Assembly: GCA_963813155.1 (NCBI GenBank)
Contig: CAWEYG010000005.1
Coordinates: forward strand, 32,001 to 96,000
DNA: 64,000 bases
Source: an uncultured Acidobacteriota bacterium
GTDB taxonomy: Bacteria > Acidobacteriota > Thermoanaerobaculia > UBA5066 > DATFVB01
Reading direction: 5' to 3'
The notes under the pieces are model-generated. The model did no database searches. It saw only the letters and a program-made list of their open reading frames with translations, and was not told the origin of the DNA. This document shows, piece by piece, positions 8,717-17,969 of the stretch. Position numbers and translations under genes: made by a program. Numbering within the stretch: position 1 is the stretch's first letter; every line of letters begins with the position of its first letter.

Positions 8717-10735
8717 ATGAGGACTCGGCTCGCGCTCTACGGCTTGATCTTCGCTGTCGCCGCTCTGCCGACCGGGAAACAACTCCGCGCCGCGCCCCCC
8801 GGAAACGCGGACTACTCGGTCCTGATCATGGATCAGCCGGCCGGAAAGCAGACCGTCCAGGCCCTGCCCGGGGGAGAACGGCTCCTTTCGTTCGAATTCA
8901 ACGACCGGGGCCGCGGCCCGAAGCTGACGTCCCTCATCTGGCTCGACGATTCGGGCGTCCCGAGCCGGATCGAGACCTCCGGAGTGAACTATCTGAAAGT
9001 TCCGGTCGAAGAATCCTTCGAGACCTCGGGGGGAACCGCGCGGTGGAAGAACCCGTCGGAGCGCGGGGAAAAACCGGCGAGCCCGAAAGCGTTCTACCTC
9101 AGCCTCAACGGCGCTCCCCAGGAGGTCGCGTTCCTCGCGCAGGCTTTGCTGCGCACGCCCGGCGGAAAGCTCCCTCTGCTCCCGGAAGGGGAAGCGGCAA
9201 TCGAGAAAGGACCGGAGCTCGCGCTCGATTCGGGCGGCGAAAAGAAAACCGTTCGGGAGTACCTCGTTTCCGGTCTCGATTTCACGCCGACGCCCGTCTG
9301 GATGGAAACCGACGGCACGTTTTTCGCCCTCGCGAGCGGATGGCAAACGGTAATCCTTACGGGCTGGCAGGGCTCGGTGGCCGCCCTCCTGAAGGCGCAG
9401 GACGCGGACGCGGCGGTTCGAACGACGGCTCGGGAAGCGACGCTCGCCCACCGGCCGTCCGGTCCGCTCGCCCTCGTCCATGGAGACCTCTTCGACGCGG
9501 AAACGGCCACGCTCCGCCGCGACTGGACCGTCGTTGTCGAAGGCGACCGGATCCGGGCCGCCGGGCCGGCGGCGCAGATTCCGATTCCTCCGGGCGCGGA
9601 GATTGTCGACGCGAAGGGGAAGACTCTCGTCCCGGGACTCTGGGACATGCACGTTCATCTGAGCGGCGATACGGACGGGGTCCTCGACCTCGCCGCCGGG
9701 GTCACGTCGGTGCGAGATCTCGCGAACGACACGGACCGCCTTCTCGAGTTGAAGCGCAAGTTCGACTCGGGGGAATCGGTGGGCCCCCGGATTCTCATGG
9801 CGGGATTCCTCGACGGGCGCGGCCCGTACGCCGGGCCCACGAAGGTTTTCGCAGACTCGGAAGAGGAAGCCCGAAGGGCGATCGAGAATTACGCGAGACT
9901 CGGATACGTGCAGATCAAGATCTACAGCTCGATCAAACCGGAGCTCGTCCCCTCAATCATTCGAATGGCACACGAGAAGCACCTGCGCGTGAGCGGGCAC
10001 GTGCCGGCCTTCATGACCGCCGAGCAATTCGTCGAGGACGGCGCCGACGAGATCCAGCACGTGAATTTTCTCTTTCTCAACTTCCTCTTCGACACCGTGA
10101 AAGACACTCGAACGCCGGCGCGATTCACCGCCGTCGCCGAAAACGCCGCGAAATTCGATTTCGGGTCGAAACGGTTCAAGGATTTCGTCGCTCTGCTGAA
10201 GGAACACCACACCGTCTCCGACCCGACGGTCGCAATCTTCGAAGACATGTTTCTGGGACGGCCGACAACGATCGCCCCGAGCCTGGAGCCGGTCGCCTCC
10301 CGGCTTCCCGCTCAGGTCCGCCGGGGGTTGTTGAACGCCGGGCTGCCGGTTCCGGCTGGCAAGGACGAGCTCTACCGTGATTCCGCCCGGGCGCTACTCC
10401 GAATGGTCGGCGAGCTGTACCGGGCCGGAATCACGATCGTGGCGGGCACCGACTCGGTTCCGGGGTTCACGCTCGATCGCGAGCTCGAGCTCTATGTCGA
10501 AGCGGGAATTCCCGCGCCAAAGGTCCTCCAGCTCGCGACCCTGGGGGCGGCCCGCGTGATGAAACGGGACAGCGACCTGGGCTCCGTCTCGGCGGGGAAA
10601 CTCGCCGATTTCATCCTGATCGACGGCGACCCTTCGACGAAAATCGGCGATATCCGACGCGTTTCGTGGGTCGTGAAAAACGGCGTCGTCTACGATTCGA
10701 AGAAGCTCTATGCGTCGATCGGTGTGAAACCGTGA
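8717..10735 (+). CDS. Secreted amidohydrolase-family protein with N-terminal extra domain
   Basis: AAGGAGG RBS; signal peptide MRTRLALYGLIFAVAAL; PGLWDMHVH, QIKIY, AGTDS, GKLADFILIDGDP. Confidence 0.85.
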   Translation: MRTRLALYGLIFAVAALPTGKQLRAAPPGNADYSVLIMDQPAGKQTVQALPGGERLLSFEFNDRGRGPKLTSLIWLDDSGVPSRIETSGVNYLKVPVEESFETSGGTARWKNPSERGEKPASPKAFYLSLNGAPQEVAFLAQALLRTPGGKLPLLPEGEAAIEKGPELALDSGGEKKTVREYLVSGLDFTPTPVWMETDGTFFALASGWQTVILTGWQGSVAALLKAQDADAAVRTTAREATLAHRPSGPLALVHGDLFDAETATLRRDWTVVVEGDRIRAAGPAAQIPIPPGAEIVDAKGKTLVPGLWDMHVHLSGDTDGVLDLAAGVTSVRDLANDTDRLLELKRKFDSGESVGPRILMAGFLDGRGPYAGPTKVFADSEEEARRAIENYARLGYVQIKIYSSIKPELVPSIIRMAHEKHLRVSGHVPAFMTAEQFVEDGADEIQHVNFLFLNFLFDTVKDTRTPARFTAVAENAAKFDFGSKRFKDFVALLKEHHTVSDPTVAIFEDMFLGRPTTIAPSLEPVASRLPAQVRRGLLNAGLPVPAGKDELYRDSARALLRMVGELYRAGITIVAGTDSVPGFTLDRELELYVEAGIPAPKVLQLATLGAARVMKRDSDLGSVSAGKLADFILIDGDPSTKIGDIRRVSWVVKNGVVYDSKKLYASIGVKP

Positions 10736-10754
10736 GCCGACGGGCCTTTCCGCG

Positions 10755-11294
10755 TCAAGATCTCGCCCGTCGGTACTCCCCGTCGAACGTCGGCTCCCAG
10801 GATTTCCCCCCGTCGCGGGAGATCTCGATTCGCTGGTGAATGCCGCCGCCCGAAAGGGGCGTCACCGTGCTCCGATCGAGGCGCGAAGTGCCATCCAGGC
10901 GGAGGACCTCTCCGAGGAAGCGGACCGAACCGTCCGGCAGGCCGTCGATCGAGTGCCTTTCCTTCGTCGGCCCGCTGTCGGAAATCCAGACCTGATGCCA
11001 CGTCCGGCGCGCTTTTTCATAGAAGAAAAGCTCGGCGATCTCTCCGCCGCCGTCGGAGTCGTGCCAGTCGACGGAGATCGCGCATCCCTTCAGGATCTTC
11101 TGAAGGACGCTGGTGCCTGCGAGTTTTCCGGTTTCGGTGTCGTAGACGCTCCATTTTCCTACCCAGAAGTCGAGAGTGCGAAACGCGGCATCCCTCTCGC
11201 AGGGGCTCGGCGCCCGAGGCGCTGGAACCCCGGCGCTCGAACCCGCGGCCAGGAAGACCGCGAGATTCGCGAGTTGCCAGGCTTTCCTCGTCAT
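10755..11294 (-). CDS. Secreted hypothetical protein (beta-barrel, DUF1579-like)
   Basis: Signal peptide; LDFWVGKW, WHQVWI, SRDGGKSW motifs. Confidence 0.65.
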   Translation of the reverse strand: MTRKAWQLANLAVFLAAGSSAGVPAPRAPSPCERDAAFRTLDFWVGKWSVYDTETGKLAGTSVLQKILKGCAISVDWHDSDGGGEIAELFFYEKARRTWHQVWISDSGPTKERHSIDGLPDGSVRFLGEVLRLDGTSRLDRSTVTPLSGGGIHQRIEISRDGGKSWEPTFDGEYRRARS

Positions 11295-11416
11295 GCGCTT
11301 CAGGCTACTCTTCCAGCAACGAGACGGCTATCGGGTTCTTGCCCGCAGAATTGCGACAGCGCCCGACCCGGAGTTCTTGTAGAGTTCCCGCTATTGACCG
11401 GAATTGAGGTGAATCG

Positions 11417-11947
11417 ATGAGGGGAACCGTCGTCTCCGGACATCCCGGTTCGAACGAGCACGCGCCGTTCTACGACAAGTACACGCGACTCGTGCCCGAA
11501 TCCGACCTCGCTGCGGGTCTCGAAACCCAGCTCCCCGACACCCTCGCGCTCTTCCGATCGATTCCCGAGTCACGCGCCGAACACCGGTACGCGCCGGACA
11601 AGTGGTCCGTCTCCCAGGTCCTCCGGCACATCGTCGACAGTGAACGCGTCTTCGGCTTTCGGGCATTCTGGTTCGCCCGCGCCGCGGGAACAGAATTGCC
11701 GGGCTTCGAGCAGGACGATTTCATGCGGACGTCGCCGCCGGGCGAGGAGCTCGGCCGCCTCGCTCGCGAATTCGAGCAGCTCCGCCGAAGCCACATACTC
11801 CTCTTCGAGTCGCTCGATCCGGAGGCGTGGCTCCGAACGGGCGTCGCCAGCGGCCACCCGGTTTCGGTTCGCGCGCTCGCCGCGATCATGGTCGGACACG
11901 TTCGCCACCACGAGGCGATCCTGCGCGAGCGTTACCTCGCGCGCTAG
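11417..11947 (+). CDS. DinB/YfiT-family protein
   Basis: YAPDKWSVSQVLRHIVDSERVF, LPGFEQD, GHVRHH; GAGG RBS. Confidence 0.9.
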   Translation: MRGTVVSGHPGSNEHAPFYDKYTRLVPESDLAAGLETQLPDTLALFRSIPESRAEHRYAPDKWSVSQVLRHIVDSERVFGFRAFWFARAAGTELPGFEQDDFMRTSPPGEELGRLAREFEQLRRSHILLFESLDPEAWLRTGVASGHPVSVRALAAIMVGHVRHHEAILRERYLAR

Positions 11948-11961
11948 CGTTTCGAGAACGC

Positions 11962-13041
11962 TTGCGTTCGTTCGTAAAGTTTCTGCTGATCCTCGGGGCG
12001 ACGATGACGGCGGCCGCCGCGGCCGCCCTTCTCGCGACGGCGGGACTGGGATACTTCCTCTCGGCGCCCCGCTGGCGGGGACCCCGGAGCGATCATTTCG
12101 ACGGCCGGAGGTTCTTTCTGCCCGGTGCGCCGAAGAGATCGGGCGGCTTCGGGAGCTTCCTGCGGTTTCTCTTCACCCGAAAGCCGGCGCCCTGGCCGCC
12201 GTATCGCGACGAAGCCCCCGGCCCGGCTCCCCCGCGAGAGGCCGGTTCCGGCGCGCTGCGCGCGACAGCGATCAACCATGCAACGGTCCTGCTGCAGCTC
12301 GACGGCGTGAACGTTCTCACCGACCCGATCTGGTCGGAAAGGGCGAGCCCGTTTTCTTTCCTGGGCCCGCGGCGCGCGCGGCCGGCGGGAATCCGCTTCG
12401 AAGATCTCCCTCGAATCGACGCGGTCGTTCTTTCGCACAACCACTACGACCACCTCGACCTGCCGACTCTTCGCCGCATTCGCGCGAGGTATCCGACGGC
12501 CCGGATCCTCGCGGGGCTCGGCGTGCGCGCGTTCCTCGAGAGCCGCGGAATCGCCGGCTCCGAAGAATTCGACTGGGGGAACGCGACGGAGATCGGCGGC
12601 GTCCGAATTCTCTGCGTTCCGGCCCGGCACTTTTCGAGCCGCGGCGCCTTCGACCGCGACGCGACACTCTGGTGCGCATGGGTGCTCGAAGGAAAGGGCG
12701 GGAACGTGTATTTCGCGGGCGACACGGCGTACGGGCCCCACCTCCGCGAGACGGGACGGAGGTTCGGCCCATTTCGCCTCGCGCTGCTTCCGATCGGAGC
12801 GTACGAGCCGCGCTGGTTCATGGGCCCGGTCCACGAGAATCCCGCCGAGGCTGTCCAGGCGATGAAGGACCTGGGCGCGGCCGAGGCGATCGGGATCCAC
12901 TATGGAACGTTTCGGCTGACCGACGAGGGAATCGATCGGCCTGTGACCGATCTCGAAGCGGCCCTCTCGAGAGAAAACCCGCGCCCGCGCTTTCTCGCCC
13001 CCCGGTTCGGCGAAGGGATCGACGTCCCGCCGCTGCGTTGA
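11962..13041 (+). CDS. Metallo-beta-lactamase-fold hydrolase (NAPE-PLD/RomA-like) with N-terminal membrane anchor
   Basis: NHATVL, LTDPIWSERASP, SHNHYDHLD, PARHFS, FAGDT, PIGAYEPRWFM, IHYGTF; start uncertain (TTG 11962 or ATG 12004). Confidence 0.85.
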   Translation: MRSFVKFLLILGATMTAAAAAALLATAGLGYFLSAPRWRGPRSDHFDGRRFFLPGAPKRSGGFGSFLRFLFTRKPAPWPPYRDEAPGPAPPREAGSGALRATAINHATVLLQLDGVNVLTDPIWSERASPFSFLGPRRARPAGIRFEDLPRIDAVVLSHNHYDHLDLPTLRRIRARYPTARILAGLGVRAFLESRGIAGSEEFDWGNATEIGGVRILCVPARHFSSRGAFDRDATLWCAWVLEGKGGNVYFAGDTAYGPHLRETGRRFGPFRLALLPIGAYEPRWFMGPVHENPAEAVQAMKDLGAAEAIGIHYGTFRLTDEGIDRPVTDLEAALSRENPRPRFLAPRFGEGIDVPPLR

Positions 13042-13057
13042 ATCGGAAAGCGCGAAA

Positions 13058-13264
13058 TCAGTCCTTGCGCGTTCTGCTCTCTTTGCCGAGGCGATAGACG
13101 CCCAGGATCTCCAGCCCCAGACAGAGGCCGTACCAGACGCCTCGAACGAAGTCGTTGGACAGGATGGCCGGGTGCGCGACGCGCAGGACGAGCCAGTAGA
13201 GGGCCATTCCGAGCAACCCGATGGAAACGAGCAGGATAGGGCGCGGCCGGCTTTTCGAGTCCAT
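13058..13264 (-). CDS. Small membrane protein (two TM helices)
   Basis: 68 aa, two hydrophobic segments; TAGAAT 6 nt upstream of ATG. Confidence 0.65.
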   Translation of the reverse strand: MDSKSRPRPILLVSIGLLGMALYWLVLRVAHPAILSNDFVRGVWYGLCLGLEILGVYRLGKESRTRKD

Positions 13265-13357
13265 CGCGAGATTCTATCCCGCCGCGAGGGCAGGGTTTGA
13301 AAACGCGCGCTCCGAAGCGGATAATTTCCCGCGCCCAACATCGACGAAGGAGGTTCC

Positions 13358-14740
13358 ATGTACGGAAACGTTGCACGGTCCATCGCCGCCGCGGCGCTGT
13401 GTCTTTCGGCGGCCTTTGCATCCGGAGAATCCGCCGCGCGCCGCGAAAGCCTCTCGTCCAATGAAATCGCCGCCGCGCCCGGCGCCGGCGTCCTGATGCC
13501 GGTCATCGGGCGCCTCTTCGGCTCGGGCAACGTGCTCTTCACGACGACGCTCGACGTCGCGAACTTCACGACGAGTCCGGTGACGGTCCACTTCACGTTT
13601 CACGGCGCGGACGTGAAAACCGGCGCCGCAATCTCCTTTCTCGACAACTTCGCCAACGACGGCGGCTCGAAGATTCGTGCATTTTCCGACGTTCGCATCG
13701 ACGATTTCATCGACGCGATGGAGAAAAAAGGTTCGATTACGGCGGCGCAGGAGGCGGACGGCGTGCTCGGCTCGATGGTCATCGTCTTCGAGGGCGTCGA
13801 TCCGAATACAGCGGCGGGCGACCAGATCGCCGCCCGCGCACGGTTCTTCTCGAGCGAGTTCGGCGGGACGATCGGCGTCTCGCTCAACGGGCATTTGTTC
13901 ACCGGCAGCGAAACCACCGCCGTCGCCGGCTCGTTCTCCGACACGCGAACGATCGCGAACACGCCGCAGCTCTATTCGAACATTTTCCTGTCGAATTTCG
14001 GCCAGCTCTCCAACGGCCAATTCCTCTCGAGCAACGACACCGTCAAGATCCAGGCCTTTTCGAGCGTCACCGGACAGCCGATCGGGACGCCGCTGACCGT
14101 TTCGCTCCCTTCGTTTCAGACTCTTTCGACGTCCCTTTCGGCGCTCGGCGTTCCGGAGGGAGCGGGAGCCGTCATCGTCCTCGCAAAGGCGACGAGCGGC
14201 CAGGGCATGCTCCTGGGCGTCGGCGCCGAAGTCGACGACGGGACGAAAGATCCCTCCGGCTTCGACATGAACAACGTTCCAGCTTCGAGCACCGGGCCGA
14301 CGCCCATTTCCAACGGAGATCTCATCTCGCAACTCGCGGGCAACTGGTCGGGCACCTGGACGAACAACACGTTTTCGACGACCGGGTCGGTCACCCTCGC
14401 CATCTCAGTCAACCCCTCGACCAAGGCGTACTCGATCACCGCGACTCTCGGCGGAAACGTCTTCGGTTCAAGCCCGCCTCCGCCCCAGACATTCTCCGGT
14501 ACCTATTCGACGTCGACCGGCATCTCATACTCGGCCCACAGCGACGCGCTGGGCGACTTCGGTTTCACAATCTCGCAGGCGGGCGCGATCAGCGGAAGCG
14601 CGACGAACATTGCAAGTCCGAACGTCAGCAGCCTCACCTTCAGCGGCACCGCGACGCCAACGACGATGAGCATCAACTACAGCCTGACGCTGAAGGCGGG
14701 CGGAACCGCAACAGGGGTGGCAACGGTGACGCACAACTGA
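13358..14740 (+). CDS. Secreted Ser/Thr/Gly-rich beta-strand protein of unknown function
   Basis: AAGGAGG RBS; signal peptide ending AFA; no catalytic motif recognised. Confidence 0.75.
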   Translation: MYGNVARSIAAAALCLSAAFASGESAARRESLSSNEIAAAPGAGVLMPVIGRLFGSGNVLFTTTLDVANFTTSPVTVHFTFHGADVKTGAAISFLDNFANDGGSKIRAFSDVRIDDFIDAMEKKGSITAAQEADGVLGSMVIVFEGVDPNTAAGDQIAARARFFSSEFGGTIGVSLNGHLFTGSETTAVAGSFSDTRTIANTPQLYSNIFLSNFGQLSNGQFLSSNDTVKIQAFSSVTGQPIGTPLTVSLPSFQTLSTSLSALGVPEGAGAVIVLAKATSGQGMLLGVGAEVDDGTKDPSGFDMNNVPASSTGPTPISNGDLISQLAGNWSGTWTNNTFSTTGSVTLAISVNPSTKAYSITATLGGNVFGSSPPPPQTFSGTYSTSTGISYSAHSDALGDFGFTISQAGAISGSATNIASPNVSSLTFSGTATPTTMSINYSLTLKAGGTATGVATVTHN

Positions 14741-14775
14741 GGCCGCGAGGACTCCCGCGGAAGAGTCCCGACTCG

Positions 14776-15297
14776 CTACGTCCCGCGATTCTCGACCCAG
14801 ACGTACGTATCCAGGTAGACGCGGTCGATTTTCCACTTCCGGGACAGCTCCAGCGCGAACGCCTGATACGTCTCGCTCGTCACCGGATAAAGATGTTTCA
14901 CCCCCGGCCAGGGCGGCAGTTTCTTCGGTCCGGCGATATCGAGGAGCGCCCGCGCGACGACTCCGTCGAGCGGCAGCTCGTAGAACGGCTTCGCGACTTC
15001 CAGGTTGAACCGGGGCGCGAGGTGGGAGTTGTAAAACGCATCGCGCAGGAAGATGTTCAGGCACTTTCGCGCGAGGCCCCAGCTGCGCGCCGGCTTCGGA
15101 AACGCCATCGCGAGGTCTTCCGTCGCGGAGTCCAATGCGTTCCGAAAGGAGGATTCGGTCGAACGCGCGAACGACCGCAGCGGAACTTCGGAGAGAAATT
15201 CCTGCGCGGCCGCGACGACTCCGGCCGCGCCCTGACCGCGTACCGTCGCCGGCCCGACCGCGAACACGGCCACGTGCCGCTGGATGGCGGGGATCAG
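14776..15297 (-). CDS. Hypothetical protein resembling HhH-type (OGG2-like) DNA glycosylase/lyase
   Basis: WGLARKCLNIFLRD..ELPLDGVVARAL..YQ..RVYLDTYVW; start probably CTG overlapping upstream TGA (uncertain). Confidence 0.55.
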   Translation of the reverse strand: MIPAIQRHVAVFAVGPATVRGQGAAGVVAAAQEFLSEVPLRSFARSTESSFRNALDSATEDLAMAFPKPARSWGLARKCLNIFLRDAFYNSHLAPRFNLEVAKPFYELPLDGVVARALLDIAGPKKLPPWPGVKHLYPVTSETYQAFALELSRKWKIDRVYLDTYVWVENRGT

Positions 15298-15605
15298 TGG
15301 GAGCGTGATCCGCTCCCCGAAAGGCGGCGGGACTCGGCATCCTTCCAGTTCCACCACTTCAGCTTCTCCGGGTCGCGCTGGCGCGTGCTCGCGTAGTAGA
15401 CGGCGCAGCGGAAGACGTAGAGGAGGCAGCGATCCTGGGGCTGGCCGCGCAGAGCGCAGACCGCCTCGTAGATCGCCTCCGGGTTCTTGCGGCGCAGGTC
15501 GGAGACGCGCCGGAACCCCACGTCGAGGAGGTCCTGCGCGATCGAAGGGCCGACGCCGGGAATCGTCCGGAGATCGCTGGCGGAAGTCGTTTTCTCGTTT
15601 CTCAT
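15294..15605 (-). CDS. Helix-hairpin-helix protein, Cdd1/'pathogenicity locus' (mitomycin-resistance McrB-like) family
   Basis: LRTIPGVGPSIAQDL HhH; DRCLLYVFRCAVYYA; KWWNWKD. Confidence 0.85.
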   Translation of the reverse strand: MRNEKTTSASDLRTIPGVGPSIAQDLLDVGFRRVSDLRRKNPEAIYEAVCALRGQPQDRCLLYVFRCAVYYASTRQRDPEKLKWWNWKDAESRRLSGSGSRSH

Positions 15606-15617
15606 GGCGCGGCATTA

Positions 15618-15639
15618 TACGCCTTTCTTACGCCTTTCT
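15618..15639. repeat. Tandem 11-bp direct repeat between divergent -10 boxes
   Basis: TACGCCTTTCT twice; TATAAT on minus (15614-15619) and TAGAAT on plus (15644-15649). Confidence 0.75.
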
Positions 15640-15655
15640 GGAATAGAATGGGGAT

Positions 15656-15856
15656 GTGAAGAGAGTTGAACTCGCTGCATTGCGTCGCCACTTTTCGGCT
15701 GCGGTTCGTACAGCGAAAACGGGAGAGCCGCTGCTCGTGACGGAGCGAGGCAAATTCATCGGCTGGCTACTTCCGCACGACCAGCCGAAACCGCCTCACA
15801 TTCCTGCCGATTTCTCGAGCGTGGCGCCGTTCAAGCCCTCGCGGCGTTCTCGCTAA
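15656..15856 (+). CDS. Phd/YefM-family antitoxin-like protein, no adjacent toxin
   Basis: KRVELAALRRHFSAAVRTAKTGEPLLVTERGKFIGWLLP matches the Phd N-terminal DNA-binding pattern. Confidence 0.7.
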   Translation: MKRVELAALRRHFSAAVRTAKTGEPLLVTERGKFIGWLLPHDQPKPPHIPADFSSVAPFKPSRRSR

Positions 15857-15925
15857 CCTCGCCGCTTCGCGAATCGAGTCGGCCCGGCGGGGCGAGCATT
15901 TCGCCTATGATTGCGGGTTCTAGCA

Positions 15926-17725
15926 ATGACCGACCCCAAACTCATCCGCAACTTCTCGATCGTGGCGCACATCGACCATGGCAAGACGACGCTGTCGGAC
16001 AGGATCCTGCAGCTCTGCGGGGCGGTCTCGGATCGGGAGATGGGCGAGCAGATGCTCGACGACATGGAGCTCGAGCAGGAGCGCGGGATCACGATCAAGG
16101 CGCGTTCCGTCACGCTGCAGTACAAGGCGAAGGACGGGCAGACCTACACGTTCAACCTGATCGACACTCCCGGGCACGTCGATTTCTCCTACGAGGTCTC
16201 TCGGTCGCTCGCCGCCTGCGACGGCGCGGTCCTCGTCGTCGACGCCACCCAGGGCGTCGAGGCGCAGACGCTCGCCAACGCGTACCTCGCGATCCACAAC
16301 AATCTGGAAATCATCCCGATCATCAACAAGATCGACCTGCCGTCCGCCGAGCCCGACAAGGCGAAGGAGCAGATCGAGCAGGTCGTCGGGTTGCCGGCGC
16401 ACGACGCGATCCTCGTCTCGGCGAAACAGGGAGTCGGCGTTCCGGAGCTTCTCGAGCGAATCGTCGAGCGGATTCCCCACCCGAAAGGGAATCCCGGCGC
16501 GCCGCTGAAAGCCCTGCTGTTCGACTCCTGGTACGACCCCTACCGCGGTGTGACGTCGCTCGTCCGGGTGATCGACGGAACGCTCCGGCCGAGGCAGAAG
16601 ATCCGCTTCATGAACACGGGGCTGGAGGTGGAAGTCGAGGAGGTCGGGATCTTTTCGCCAAAGCCCCAGTCGGTGCCCGAGCTTTCGGTCGGCGAGGTGG
16701 GCTTCCTGTGGGCCAACGTGAAGGACCTCCACTCCACGAAGATCGGCGACACCGTCACCGACGCTCGCCACCCGACGGCCGCGCCGCTGCCCGGCTTCGA
16801 GGAAGCCAAGCCGATGGTGTTCTCCGGCCTCTTTCCGACCGACGCGGACGACTACCCGAACCTTCGCGACGCGATGGAAAAGCTGCGGTTGAACGACGCG
16901 TCGTTCACGTGGGAGCCGGAGACCTCGACGGCCCTGGGCTTCGGCTTTCGCTGCGGCTTTCTCGGCCTGCTCCACATGGACATCGTGCAGGAGCGGCTCG
17001 AGCGCGAGTTCAACCTCGAGCTGATCACGACGGCGCCGTCGGTCAACTACCGCGTGAAGACGACGACCGGCGACCTGATCGACGTCGACAACCCGGCCAA
17101 GCTGCCTCCGCCCCAATCGATCGACCGGATCGACGAGCCTTTCATCACCGCGACGATCATCACGCGAGACGATTTTCTCGGCGGCCTGCTGAAGCTCTGC
17201 GAGGACCGCCGCGGAACGCAGATCGCGATGGAGTACCTCTCGGCCAATCGCGTCGTCCTGACCTATGACTTTCCCTTGAACGAAATCGTGCTCGATTTCT
17301 ACGACAAGCTGAAATCGCTCTCGAAGGGCTACGCGTCGTTCGATTACCAGCTCTCGGGCTACCGCGAGGGAAAGCTCGTCAAGCTCGACATCCTCGTCAA
17401 CGGCGAGCCGGTCGACGCGCTGTCCCTGATCGTCCACGCGGAGGAAGCGCCCGTCAAGGGTCGCGAGCTCGCGAAGAAGATGCGGGAGATCATCCCGCGA
17501 CAGATGTTCGAGGTCGCGATCCAGGCGGCGATCGGCGCGAAAATCGTCGCGCGGGAGACGATTTCGGCGCTCCGAAAGAACGTCATCGCGAAGTGCTACG
17601 GCGGCGACATCACGAGGAAGAAGAAGCTCCTCGAAAAGCAGAAGGAAGGAAAGAAGAGGATGAAACGCGTCGGCCGGGTCGACATCCCTCAGGAGGCCTT
17701 CCTCGCCGTGCTGAAGGTGGACTAA
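15926..17725 (+). CDS. lepA: Elongation factor 4 (LepA)
   Basis: [46 protein letters not shown]. Confidence 0.97.
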   Translation: MTDPKLIRNFSIVAHIDHGKTTLSDRILQLCGAVSDREMGEQMLDDMELEQERGITIKARSVTLQYKAKDGQTYTFNLIDTPGHVDFSYEVSRSLAACDGAVLVVDATQGVEAQTLANAYLAIHNNLEIIPIINKIDLPSAEPDKAKEQIEQVVGLPAHDAILVSAKQGVGVPELLERIVERIPHPKGNPGAPLKALLFDSWYDPYRGVTSLVRVIDGTLRPRQKIRFMNTGLEVEVEEVGIFSPKPQSVPELSVGEVGFLWANVKDLHSTKIGDTVTDARHPTAAPLPGFEEAKPMVFSGLFPTDADDYPNLRDAMEKLRLNDASFTWEPETSTALGFGFRCGFLGLLHMDIVQERLEREFNLELITTAPSVNYRVKTTTGDLIDVDNPAKLPPPQSIDRIDEPFITATIITRDDFLGGLLKLCEDRRGTQIAMEYLSANRVVLTYDFPLNEIVLDFYDKLKSLSKGYASFDYQLSGYREGKLVKLDILVNGEPVDALSLIVHAEEAPVKGRELAKKMREIIPRQMFEVAIQAAIGAKIVARETISALRKNVIAKCYGGDITRKKKLLEKQKEGKKRMKRVGRVDIPQEAFLAVLKVD

Positions 17726-17733
17726 AAGCTAGC

Positions 17734-17943
17734 TTACGAGAACGTCTTCTTGGCCCGCTTCCGGTCGGCCTCGCGCCTCAGGAACGGCGTCGGGACCTGG
17801 CGGCGTCGGCGGTCCGGCCCGTTGTATTGAAGGGGAGGCTTCCGCTTCGTCATGCAGCGGGAGCAGACGGGATCGCCGTCGACCATGTAGATGACCCCCT
17901 CGGCGCCGCAGTCCGTGCACTTCAGTTTGGCGTCGTCGCTCAC
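17734..17943 (-). CDS. Small zinc-ribbon protein with Arg-rich YxGPDRR tail
   Basis: CTDC..CSRC; YNGPDRRRR; strong RBS AAGGGGAGG before GTG. Confidence 0.7.
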   Translation of the reverse strand: MSDDAKLKCTDCGAEGVIYMVDGDPVCSRCMTKRKPPLQYNGPDRRRRQVPTPFLRREADRKRAKKTFS

Positions 17944-17969
17944 GAAACCTCCCCTTGCAAGACTAACGC

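Noticed and set aside
7247-10735. 1162-aa ORF suggesting a large fusion
   Set aside because: Real start is ATG 8717 with RBS and signal peptide; the upstream part overlaps CGNR and tsaD out of frame
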